From the NCBI RefSeq assembly GCF_009914755.1, contig NC_060944.1: a DNA stretch of 64,000 nucleotides; one strand, written 5' to 3'. Within the stretch, counting starts at the first letter, position 1, and each line of letters opens with the position of its first letter. The notes under the pieces are model-generated. The model saw only the letters and a list, made by a program, of their open reading frames with translations. It was not told the origin of the DNA and did not search any database. The DNA comes from the human T2T-CHM13v2.0 reference genome, Homo sapiens. This document shows positions 46,371 through 57,794 of the stretch, piece after piece. The position numbers and the translations under genes are program-made.

Positions 46371-47979
46371 TTGGCCAATTTGGCCTGGCTTAGGCTTTGC
46401 ATATAAATTACCCCACTCCACTCATCCTTCCTATTATGTCTAATCAAATGCAAAATAGGTAAACATTTGAATGACTAAATGCTGCTCTTTTGCTGTGGCT
46501 CCTGGGGTTCCCATGAAAGAATTTCATGGAGGTAAAGTAATCAGAACCGGTATTGGGTGTTGCACTAGTAACAAAGTGTTACTCATGCTAAAAAGCCAAC
46601 AGGCTTCTCAGGGGAGTCTTATTTTGAAGACTATAATCATTTTCCAGAAGCATGTGCTCATTCAACCCATATTTTTGAAATCTACCAAGTGCAAAAGAAA
46701 ATCACATAAGATAAACTCACATCTTTCGAGAACCAGAACCGATGGCCTTAATTTGCATGTATATAGTAATACAAATTTGCAACCTTTTGTTGTCTTCACA
46801 CATATCTTCTCATTTATTCTTCACAACCTCCATGAGAAGTCAACTGTTAGTCTCTATAGAGTATTCATGAGGGAGCCGAGGCTATGAGAATTTGTTACTG
46901 CCATAGATCAGAGGTCCCCAACCCCCGGGCCATGAATAGTACTTGTCCATGGCCTGTTAGGAACCCCCAGGGGCAGGTGAGGGAGCATTACTGCCTGAGC
47001 TCTGCCTCCTGTCAGATCAGCAGCAGCATTAGATTCTCATAGGAGCTCAAACCCTACTGTGAACTGCATGTATGAGGGATCTAGGTTGCATGCTCCTTAT
47101 GAGAACCTAACTAATGCCTGACGATCTGACGTGGAACCGTTTCATCCTGAAACCATCACCCCCAACCTGGTCTGTAGAAAAATTTTCCTCCACAAAACTG
47201 GTCCCTGGTGCCAAAATGGTTGGGGACCTCTGCTTTAGATTGACTGACCCAACTGGTGGCCTTTCTGATGAAATATCCACTGTTTGGCAATATAATAAAA
47301 GCTGGGAGAAGAGAAGGAGAAGGAGGAGAAAGAGGAGGAGAAGAAAGGCATCCAAAGTCCTATTTCTTAAAACCAGGCCATATTGCAGACAGAAGGCCAA
47401 AGAATACATTTGAAGATACATAGAGTGAGTAGCAATCAGAAACTAAGTTCACACATGTTATCCATTTGACCTTCATCATGTCAGTCTGAAGCAAGCAAAC
47501 ATATATTTATTTACCCCAATTAACAGATGAAATGACCATTTTAAAGTCAGTCATCCATGACAGAACCAGGAATTAGAACCCAGGTCACCCAACTACATCT
47601 TAGAGTGTTATCAACATAGTTTACAGACATAACTTAAGGTGTACATCTTAAACTGTGTGACAGTCTAATCAATGCACAAAATTCATTCTTTTTAATTTTT
47701 AAGAAGATGTAGTTGGTACTTGCTGAAAGCAGTGATCCTGATTTGGCCAACTTGGCCTAGTTTCTGATATAAATCACTCCACCTCTCCCATCCTTTCTAC
47801 CATGTCTAATCAAACACCAAAAAGGAAAACATTTGATTGACTAAATGCTTCTCTTTTGCCTTGGCTCCAAGTTCCTGTAAAAAAAACTTCATCCAGGTAA
47901 AGTAAGTAGGGATGGTTATGGGTGTCACCCTTGTAACAAAGCGATATGTATGCTAAAAAGCAAAGAGGGTTTCTCAGGG
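46371..47979 (+). repeat. Diverged direct duplication: copy 1 46371-46613, copy 2 47743-47979
   Basis: Colinear shared blocks over about 240 bp (see findings). Confidence 0.85.
46909..47232 (-). mobile_element. MER1B (hAT-Charlie MITE)
   Basis: Perfect 15-bp TIRs cagaggtccccaacc / ggttggggacctctg; 8-bp TSD ccatagat/ctttagat. Confidence 0.88.
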
Positions 47980-50841
47980 CAGTTGCCACAGGTTTCCATG
48001 GAATGACAATTACAAGGTAGATGGATCACGTAATGCCTGCTGTGAACTTTACAATACATGGGGATCACTATTTTAATGTTGATTTGCATAATGTTTGGCC
48101 TAGCAAGAACAATACTGAATGCTAATAGCTACAGAATGCAATAAAATGGAATATCATGTGAGCTGAAGTGCTAAAATTGCTAAAGTATGACTGTAAGCAG
48201 TTAATTTCATCCCGAGTCTTGTCCACACACAATCAAATGCAAATTTCCACTATCTCCTGAGAAACTGCCAAGAGATGACTGAAATGGAATAGCAACAACC
48301 TCCTTTATGTGGAATCATTATCTGGTCATCTTTGCTTTTTTACATAACTTGTCTGTACCCTCTGATGCATTTGAATTTGCAACTTCTACTATCCCTATCT
48401 TAAACAACTCCCCACTCCCACCTCTGCCCCTTCCACATTTGCTGGCAGATGCACTAAGTCTGATAAACTCAGCAAGACTGAATCTCACCCTCTGAACTGA
48501 AAAACTTTGAATGGACCTTTGAAAACGGTAGAATTGACAATGGTTAGCTGCAAGTGATATTTTCAAGGCAAACAGACACTCTCCCAAAGTATTAAATAAC
48601 CCAGCATTCTAAGTTGCAGGTGGAAGGTAGCCATTAGTGAAGAGAGAGAAAAAAAAAAGAAATAGCTCGTCTGTATTTAGATTTATCATTTCTGACTATT
48701 GCTCTTCCCTGGAAAACGGGTAGGTACAGTCATCCTGTACTTCGATCCCAAATCAGTCTCTGGAGACTACTTATTTATTTATTTATTTATTTATTTATGG
48801 ACTTCTTTCTTTCAAGCGTTCGAACTCATTTCCACCACAAGAGGGCAGCCATCTCTAAAAAAAAAAAATAGGGCCAAAATTTATGTAAGTTGTGCTTGGA
48901 ACAAGCATTCAGTAGTTCCTCAGAAATCATACACCCTACATAAAAGAGATTCTGCAATGGGCAGCACTAACATGAAACAGTGTTCAGAAGTACCCATTTT
49001 CCCTCAGATTCTAAACTGACAAGGTTTCCACTTATCAGGTTATGAAGTTCTAAAGCTGCAAGACATCCTTGAGGTCATCACAGGATATTTATTTATTTTT
49101 TCTTCGGGTGCATCCAATAGTTATCAACTTTTCCTCCTCTTTAAAAGCTACTTAAATCTCATTGAAGTTTTGTTTTGTTTTGTTTTTGAAATCTAAGTAA
49201 TGAGAGAAACAATTGTTAACTTCTCAATTAAACTTGATAGGAAAGGAAATAATTTCAGAAGCCCTGTGTCCATGAGTAGGATATGTTTTATTGCCTCCTT
49301 GTTTGCGGTGCAATGACTCTGAGTGACAATCAACTTCTATAGCACCTTTTTTTTTTTTTTTCAGGAAATAAAGTAGCATGTTCCTGAATAATTCCCCCAC
49401 CCCCTTTTATTTTCCTGGTAGTCAGGCTTCCTCCAAAATACCTTATTTGACCTTTATACCTTTAGAAACAGCAAGTGCCTAATTCGCCTCTGTGGGTTGC
49501 TAATCCGATTTACGTGAGCGGAACCTAGTATTATTTTAGCTCCCCTACCGAAAAAATAATACACATGGATAATAGTTCTATTACCAGCTCCTGCTTCTGA
49601 CCTTTTTCTCTCTGTTTCGCAGGCCCGATAGCTCTGGGAAAGCAGAACTTGGCCTTTTCCAAAAATTTTCTGCCCTTGGTTTTGGGGATCATTTGGGCAA
49701 GCCCGAGGTGCTGTGCATGGGGGCTCCTGGAATCCTGGGAAGGGCAGAAAGCCTTGGCCCCAGACTCATCGTGCAGCAGCTCTGAGCAGTATTTCGGCTG
49801 AGGAGTGACTTCAGTGAATATTCAGCTGAGGAGTGACTTGGCCACGTGTCACAGCCCTACTTCTTGGGGGCCTGGTGGAAGAGGGTGGCGTAGAAGGTTC
49901 CAAGGTCCCAAACTGGAATTGTCCTGTATGCTTGGTTCACACAGTGCGTTATTTTACCTTCCTCTGAGCTGCTAATCGCCTGCCTCTGAGCTGGGTGAGA
50001 TAAATATCACAAGGCACAAAGTGATTGTACAATAAAAAAATCAAATCCCTCCCATCCATCCTTCAGTCTGCCACACACGCAGTCTACGTTACACACATGT
50101 CACGTAAAGCAGGATGACATCCATGTCACATACATAGACATATTAACCGAAATGTGGCCCTTCGGTTGCATATATTCTCATACATGAATATATTTATAGA
50201 AATATATGCACATATTTTTGTATATTGGATATATTTATGTAACTATAAATTTACATGCGTATGGATATGAAAATAAATGCATACACATTTATGTAAAAAA
50301 ATTTGTACACATGCATTTACATATGTAAATACATACATCTCTATGTATTAATGTTTAAAAACACTCAATTTCCAGCCTGCTGTTTTCTTTTAATTTTCCT
50401 CCTATTCCGGGGAAACAGAAGCGTGGATCCCACGTCTATGCTATGCCAAAATACGCTGTAATTGAGGTGTTTTGTTTTGTTTTGTTTTTTGAAATCGTAT
50501 ATTACCGAAAAACTTCAAACTGAAAGTTGAATAACGGGCCCAGCGGGGAAATAAGAGGCCAGACCCTGACCCTGCATTTGTCCTGGATTTCGCCTCCAGA
50601 GTCCCCGCGAGGGTCCGGCGCGCCAGCTGATCTCTCCTTTGAGAGCAGGGAGTGGAGGCGCGAGCGCCCCCCTTGGCGGCCGCGCGCCCCCGCCCTCCGC
50701 CCCACCCCGCCGCGGCTGCCCGGGCGCGCCGTCCACACCCCTGCGCGCAGCTCCCGCCCGCTCGGGGATCCCCGGCGAGCCGCGCCGCGAAGGGGGAGGT
50801 GTTCGGCCGCGGCCGGGAGGGAGCCGGCAGGCGGCGTCCCC

Positions 50842-50848
50842 TTTAAAA
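50842..50848 (+). promoter_or_regulatory. TATA-like element TTTAAAA of the distal BMP2 promoter
   Basis: Lone AT-rich patch within GC-rich sequence, downstream of Sp1-type GC boxes at about 50686-50712. Confidence 0.7.
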
Positions 50849-50868
50849 GCCGCGAGCGCCGCGCCACG

Positions 50869-50894
50869 GCGCCGCCGCCGCCGTCGCCGCCGCC
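50869..50894. repeat. Interrupted (GCC)n repeat at the TSS
   Basis: gccgccgccgccgtcgccgccgcc. Confidence 0.9.
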
Positions 50895-52060
50895 GGAGTC
50901 CTCGCCCCGCCGCGCTGCGCCCGGCTCGCGCTGCGCTAGTCGCTCCGCTTCCCACACCCCGCCGGGGACTGGCAGCCGCCGCCGCACATCTGCCGCCACA
51001 GCCTCCGCCGGCTACCCGAACGTTCTCGGGGCCAGCGCCGAGTGGATCACCGGGGACCGCGAGGCACCCGCGCGCCGCAGACCCCGCGCGGGCTGGAGCA
51101 CCCGGCAGAGCGCGCCACAGCGCCGTGGCCTCTGCTGCCCGGGCTGCGCCAGAGCCGCGGACGGGCGCGCAGAGCGCCGGGGACTCCGGAGCCGATCCCT
51201 AGCGCCGCGATGCGGAGCACCTACTGCAGGAGATCGGGGGCCTGGGACGCGCTGGCCGAGGTGTGATCGGACCCCAGGCTAGCCACAAAGGGCACTTGGC
51301 CCCAGGGCTAGGAGAGCGAGGGGAGAGCACAGCCACCCGCCTCGGCGGCCCGGGACTCGGCTCGACTCGCCGGAGAATGCGCCCGAGGACGACGGGGCGC
51401 CAGAGCCGCGGTGCTTTCAACTGGCGAGCGCGAATGGGGGTGCACTGGAGTAAGGCAGAGTGATGCGGGGGGGCAACTCGCCTGGCACCGAGATCGCCGC
51501 CGTGCCCTTCCCTGGACCCGGCGTCGCCCAGGATGGCTGCCCCGAGCCATGGGCCGCGGCGGAGCTAGCGCGGAGCGCCCGACCCTCGACCCCCGAGTCC
51601 CGGAGCCGGCCCCGCGCGGGGCCACGCGTCCCTCGGGCGCTGGTTCCTAAGGAGGACGACAGCACCAGCTTCTCCTTTCTCCCTTCCCTTCCCTGCCCCG
51701 CACTCCTCCCCCTGCTCGCTGTTGTTGTGTGTCAGCACTTGGCTGGGGACTTCTTGAACTTGCAGGGAGAATAACTTGCGCACCCCACTTTGCGCCGGTG
51801 CCTTTGCCCCAGCGGAGCCTGCTTCGCCATCTCCGAGCCCCACCGCCCCTCCACTCCTCGGCCTTGCCCGACACTGAGACGCTGTTCCCAGCGTGAAAAG
51901 AGAGACTGCGCGGCCGGCACCCGGGAGAAGGAGGAGGCAAAGAAAAGGAACGGACATTCGGTCCTTGCGCCAGGTCCTTTGACCAGAGTTTTTCCATGTG
52001 GACGCTCTTTCAATGGACGTGTCCCCGCGTGCTTCTTAGACGGACTGCGGTCTCCTAAAG
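50870..52060 (+). other. BMP2: BMP2 non-coding exon 1 (long GC-rich 5'UTR; internal start sites likely)
   Basis: Ends at donor CTAAAG|gtagag (52060/52061); matches recalled BMP2 mRNA leader sequence. 5' boundary approximate. Confidence 0.85.
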
Positions 52061-52793
52061 GTAGAGGACGCGGGCCAGGGCCCGGGGTGGGTGGTGGGTG
52101 GGAGGGGGATTTGGGCAGCCACTGCGGTAGAGCCCTTCCTTACGTCCAGGCCAGAAGTAAACAGACCCCTCTCCAGTCCACGTGCAACGGAGCCCTGCAG
52201 GGGCTCCCCCTTCCAGCTGCCCCGGGCGACCGTAAGCCTCACCCTCCCGGCCCGCACTCTTCCACCCCTCTTTCTTCCCCTCTCCCTGGAATACTTTTGG
52301 AGCTGTTAACACTTAGATGAGGTGTTTTATTTATTTATTTATTTATTTTTAATTTTTTTAAAAACTTTTTTGGGTCAAAGAAATCCCTTTGAGAGGGTAG
52401 CCCCTGGGTTTCACCCGTTAGCTGAGAACCTGTCCGCTCTGCCATGGTGATCTCCATTCTTCAAGTGTTTCCGGGAGACTTGGTTTCTTTGCTCAGAGCC
52501 GTGTCCCATTTAGGAAAGTACTAGGAGTTTGGGGTTCTCCCTACTTGTTTCCAGAAATGCGAGGGGTCAGTACTGAAGGATCACTTGGTACTGTGTTTTT
52601 AACAGCTGACACGTGCATTAATAGATATTCACCATTTACGTAATCCCGGGAAGATACATGTGTATCTTGACTGCACTGTGGGGATGCGGGATGGAGCTGC
52701 CTTTCGAGACACCCCTGAGGGTAGGGGCCTGGGACACAAGTCATAAGTGGCTTCAGAAGTTGTGGCCTTGAGCTTACAGGGTCTGGAAGCTAT

Positions 52794-52797
<4 letters not shown>

Positions 52798-52845
<48 letters not shown>
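52798..52845. repeat. (GT)24 microsatellite in intron 1
   Basis: Read directly from the sequence. Confidence 0.97.
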
Positions 52846-52846
<1 letters not shown>

Positions 52847-53189
52847 AGGAAGTTCTATACAGTGCCTCTAAGGAAGTCACATGCACCATTTATGTGTGTT
52901 TATATGCCAGACAGCGCTCAGCACTCCGCATTTGGGTTTGTATAGGGGACGCAGGGTGTCAGATCAAGCGGTGGTTTTCCCAGGTTCCCGGCATTGGCTG
53001 TCAGCGCTGTGTCACACACAAAAAAGTGACAGTCATTGGCGCTGGTTTGGTTGGGGGGGAGGGCAAATCCCAAATCTGATGTCAGACGAGCTAAGCGTTG
53101 GATGGGAGCGATAAATCATCTGGTTCAGGAACTTGGGACCCTTCATTATCCCAAACGTTTGAGCTTCGGTCGGTCTTACCTAGACTCGT

Positions 53190-53780
53190 GAGTGTGCCAA
53201 GCCAGGAGGGCATCCTGGAGGAGGCACGCCAGCCAAATGGGAGACCGGGCCGCGGGGGCGCGAGGGGGGAGGACTGGGCGGGGAACTCGGGTGACTCACG
53301 TCGGTCCTGTCCGCAGGTCGACCATGGTGGCCGGGACCCGCTGTCTTCTAGCGTTGCTGCTTCCCCAGGTCCTCCTGGGCGGCGCGGCTGGCCTCGTTCC
53401 GGAGCTGGGCCGCAGGAAGTTCGCGGCGGCGTCGTCGGGCCGCCCCTCATCCCAGCCCTCTGACGAGGTCCTGAGCGAGTTCGAGTTGCGGCTGCTCAGC
53501 ATGTTCGGCCTGAAACAGAGACCCACCCCCAGCAGGGACGCCGTGGTGCCCCCCTACATGCTAGACCTGTATCGCAGGCACTCGGGTCAGCCGGGCTCAC
53601 CCGCCCCAGACCACCGGTTGGAGAGGGCAGCCAGCCGAGCCAACACTGTGCGCAGCTTCCACCATGAAGGTGAGGCATGGAGCAGGGCGTGGGGGCGGGG
53701 AGTCACCCTGCAAAGCCCTCCACCGTGGGCAGACTGCAGCCGTCCCTGTAGAGGCAGCTTGGCCGGGGCACCAGCGGACG
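53190..53780. promoter_or_regulatory. Second CpG-rich island over exon 2
   Basis: High CpG density from the end of intron 1 into the start of intron 2. Confidence 0.8.
53324..53669 (+). CDS. BMP2: BMP2 coding exon 2: signal peptide and N-terminal prodomain (346 nt, phase-1 intron follows)
   Basis: Strong Kozak accATGg at 53324; hydrophobic signal peptide; acceptor ccgcag|GTCGACC (exon starts 53317); donor GAAG|gtgagg at 53670. Confidence 0.98.
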
Positions 53781-56700
53781 TTTCCACTCTTGCTTCTGTA
53801 CTATCGTTTCTGAATCTGATTTTAACTCACTGCTTGTGTGGTGGGGGAGCCAGGGATTCCCCTTTGGTAACTCCGCACCCTCTTCCTGGCTTGCAGCCAG
53901 AAGAGCTACTCCTCCTGGAAGAATTGGAGAGAAATCAAGTGATGGGGAAGATGAGGGCAAAAGGCATGCCTCTAGTCAGCTAAACGTGCAAGAATTCCAC
54001 AGAGGGAAAAGGAGAAAAAGGGAGGCAGATTGAGATTTCTTTAAGTCTGTTTGGAAGCTTTTGCTCTATAAATCTGCCGCTTAAGCCAGGGTTTTAGGGT
54101 AGACAGAGCCAAGGGCAGAGTTTTCAGAGATAGTATTGAAAAATCAAAGCCCAGGGCCCCAAAGTCTTTCTAATTTATAGTTGATCTGGGCCTGGTTTGG
54201 AAGATTTTGAATCCCAATCTAATCCCCGTGGGAGATCAATACTACAATCAATCTTATTGTTTCCACAATGACTTTCTTGTCCTGTGCTTAAATCTGAGAT
54301 AGGCTCTGAGTAGAGACAAGGCAAGCCTTCAGATAAAAGCGTTTGTAGCAGCTGCCTGTTTTTTTTTCATGTGCACCGAAATGTGGATTTTTTTTTTCTT
54401 TTATGATACTACATGTGGTTTTTCTAAGGTGGGATATTTCTGCTTGTTTCATCAGAAGGGCATTTAGTGGACTGGAAATGTCTTACAGCAGCTATTGAGG
54501 TCTGCTGTACCTAAGTTCTTAGAGCAATTAGTCAAAAATATGTTCCACTTCAATTCTTTTTCTACACTTTTAAATGCTTCTTTGGCTTAATACATTTAAA
54601 ATAGAGCATGGGTTTCTTCAATTCCTAGAAAAGAGTACAAAAGTGTATATCACAGAGCAACCACTTGGCAGATATTTGGGGAGTTGGGAGTGAAGTTCTC
54701 TTTCTTGCCTTTCCCTGCTTAGGTGGTAAATTTCAAGTGGGAAATTTACACTGATAATAGACTAATGGGAAATGGCACTTCCAGATGTTTTCTCCCAGTG
54801 TGAAGGGTGACTTATACTTGTGAGAGTATTTGTTGGTAATGGGAATAAGTCCCAAAGGCAAGCCACATAGCAGAAGATACGTTCTCATTGAGGCAGCTAC
54901 ACATTACGACGGGGACACTGAATTGATCATCAGTTCATTTACAAGCACATTTCTAAGTGAGGTGCTCTCTGCTAGCAGAAATCAGATTTGAAAGGCAGTA
55001 AGATCTCACTCCACTCTTTCAGAATTCATCCAATGAAAGCAGAAATCACCTGTTGTCATATGTAAAATTTGTGTGTATGTGTACATTCTGCCATCTTAAC
55101 CCTGAAATGATTATAGATCCAGCTAATCATTCCCAGGTAATGCTGATTAGAATACTTTTTTTTTTGTATAGGAATGTAATAAGAACAACTGTTTTAGACA
55201 CCTCTTCTGGAAATTTAGCATGGAAGCTCTCAACTTTATTTTTAAGGCCTGGAAGATGCTGTGTCTCTGTTACAACTTAAAAGGAAGATCATTTAAGTTA
55301 GTTAACACCTAAAACATTCCATTGTGTGAGGATTTTATCAGTGATGTCTGCATATTCTCATCATTCATCTAGAAGTGGTTTGATCAGAACTAAACAGGCT
55401 ACACGTTATTCAACTGTGTTATTTTAACTTAAAAAGCATGCTTGAGTTTATAAAATCAGAATTTATATCTTTATGAGTGTAAATGTTACCTGAGAAACAG
55501 TACAGAAGTGACCAACTTGATTAAAATCAACTTGTAATAACTTCAGGTCTTAATGCAGTTAGATAATGGAGAAAAGCTATGTAATTTTGCCCCAAATTTC
55601 AACTAATCCATTTCTTGTCTCATTATGACTAATATATCATCCTTAATCTGGATGGATATAGCACTTTTTTCAAGACTAATCATTGTTGTATACACCCAGG
55701 ATTTGCTTTTGATAAACATCCTTGTGCCATGCATGCCACGAAAAAAGTTTTTGGTAAACCATGTGATGAAGGTTGCTGGCTCAAGAACAGAATTTAGTTT
55801 CTACAGCATTAATGAGCATTTATTTGAAAAAAGACCATAAAGACCCAATCATAAGAATTACCTGTTGGGTTTTCTTTGTAGGTGTGATCGAATGGTTTGG
55901 TGGAATTACTCGACGAGATATCATGATAGCATTCTTTCAACCAATATGAGTATAATGCGACCATATCATAGGGGATCTGAGACAGAATTATCAGTTGTAT
56001 TTTTCCTATTGAATTTTGTCTAGTCCTTTCTCCAGTGGCTTTTATTTGGGAGAATATCAGCTTTGCTAAAATGTTATTGTTTTCAAGATCATTAAAAAGT
56101 GCTTCAGCTACATAGACCTTTGGAAACTGCCATTGAACATAGAAAAGTCAGTTCTGCAAGTGGAAAGAGTGTTTTGTGTATTGCTGTAGTTGGAAACACA
56201 TTGAAACTGGTTGACTTCACTGGCCCTCCAAAAAGTCTTTATGCTTTTTTGTCAGATGGGAGAGAGAAAGACCAGGTGCTTCTTGTTCTCCTCACTCTGA
56301 AGGACACAGTCTTCTTTCTACATGAAATAACTGGATTATTTGCCTCTGTGACTGAAGCTTTCAAATAGAGATTAACCCTCTTTCCACAAATATAATTATT
56401 ATGAAAATATCCATATAATAGAAAAGTTCAAGAAATAACTATTGCCCTGCATTAGAGACTTTGTGGCACAAATTCCCCCGTGCAAACAACAGATTTGGAC
56501 ACATAGATCCACCAAAACCAATACTTACCTGGTATGGTTCCCTAGTGGCCCCAGGTATTTCATTGTCATTACAGAGGCCACATTAAGTAGGAAAATTACT
56601 CTATTTGGAAATGGTTGTTGAGATTGAGGCTTTGGTGTCCAGTGATACTTCCTTGGCACTGACATTTTCCGTTCCACCTGTTTTTTAGTGGTTCCCCTAA

Positions 56701-57441
56701 ATTTCTCTTAATCCCTTTGCAGTGAACTATTTTGCGTTCTTAGACTTGCTCTTTGTGTATTTTCACTGAGACAATAAGAGAATATTTCATCATTCCAAAG
56801 GTGTTGGTGTTAAGGGTGGGCAGAGGCCAAATCAGGGTTGTTGATGACAACCATGCTCTCTATTCCTTTATTTGCCATTCCCTTGTTGTATTTTTTTTAA
56901 AATGGAATGTTTTTAACCTTTTGTATTTGATATTTTTTTTCTCCTTGTTCAGTTGTCTGTTATTTTATTATCTGGAAAATCTTATATTATACTCAGCCTC
57001 TTTCATTTTGTGTTAGGGCAGTGACTTCCAGCCTTACTGATTGCCAGCATATCCCCAGGTTTTGTTGTTGTTGTTGTTGTTTTACTGGAGATTTTTTAGC
57101 CCAAAGTGTGTTTTAAAATCCTCGAAGCATAACGGTAACTTACTTTTTTGATAAAACTTACCATACTTTATTTAGAACAAAAGGGCAGCCACAAAATAGC
57201 AGTGGCTCCTTATAAAATAGACACATTCCAGTGGGCCCCGTCACTTTTCTGCTCATTTCTGTCTGTTCTGTCCATCATACCTAAGTCATATATTTCTGTT
57301 CATTTAGTTGGGACAGAACTCACCCAATGTTATCATTGTACTAAATATAAATGTGCCCCTAATGGTTTTGACTTTTGCTTAAGTTTTTGAGTCCTCATGT
57401 ATGTTAGGTAGTGCCATCTAGTAGCCAGAAATTTGGGAACT

Positions 57442-57794
<353 letters not shown>

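Larger units (their letters stand above)
50600..52260. promoter_or_regulatory. CpG island covering the BMP2 promoter and exon 1
   Basis: Very high GC and CpG density, NotI sites (gcggccgc), GC boxes (ccccgccc), GCC runs. Confidence 0.95.

Noticed and set aside
49797-49839. Direct repeat with spacer as a CRISPR-like array
   Set aside because: Only two 15-bp units, human DNA, no cas genes; kept only as a micro-duplication.
50502-52320. Many long overlapping ORFs on both strands (e.g. 251 aa at 50527..51282, 187 aa, 176 aa)
   Set aside because: Expected stop-codon scarcity in a CpG island; low-complexity R/P/A/G translations, mostly non-ATG starts, no recognisable domain.
53192-53983. 263-aa ORF spanning exon 2 as a separate or longer protein
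   Set aside because: It is BMP2 exon 2 read through flanking intron sequence from a GTG; the splice sites define the real boundaries.
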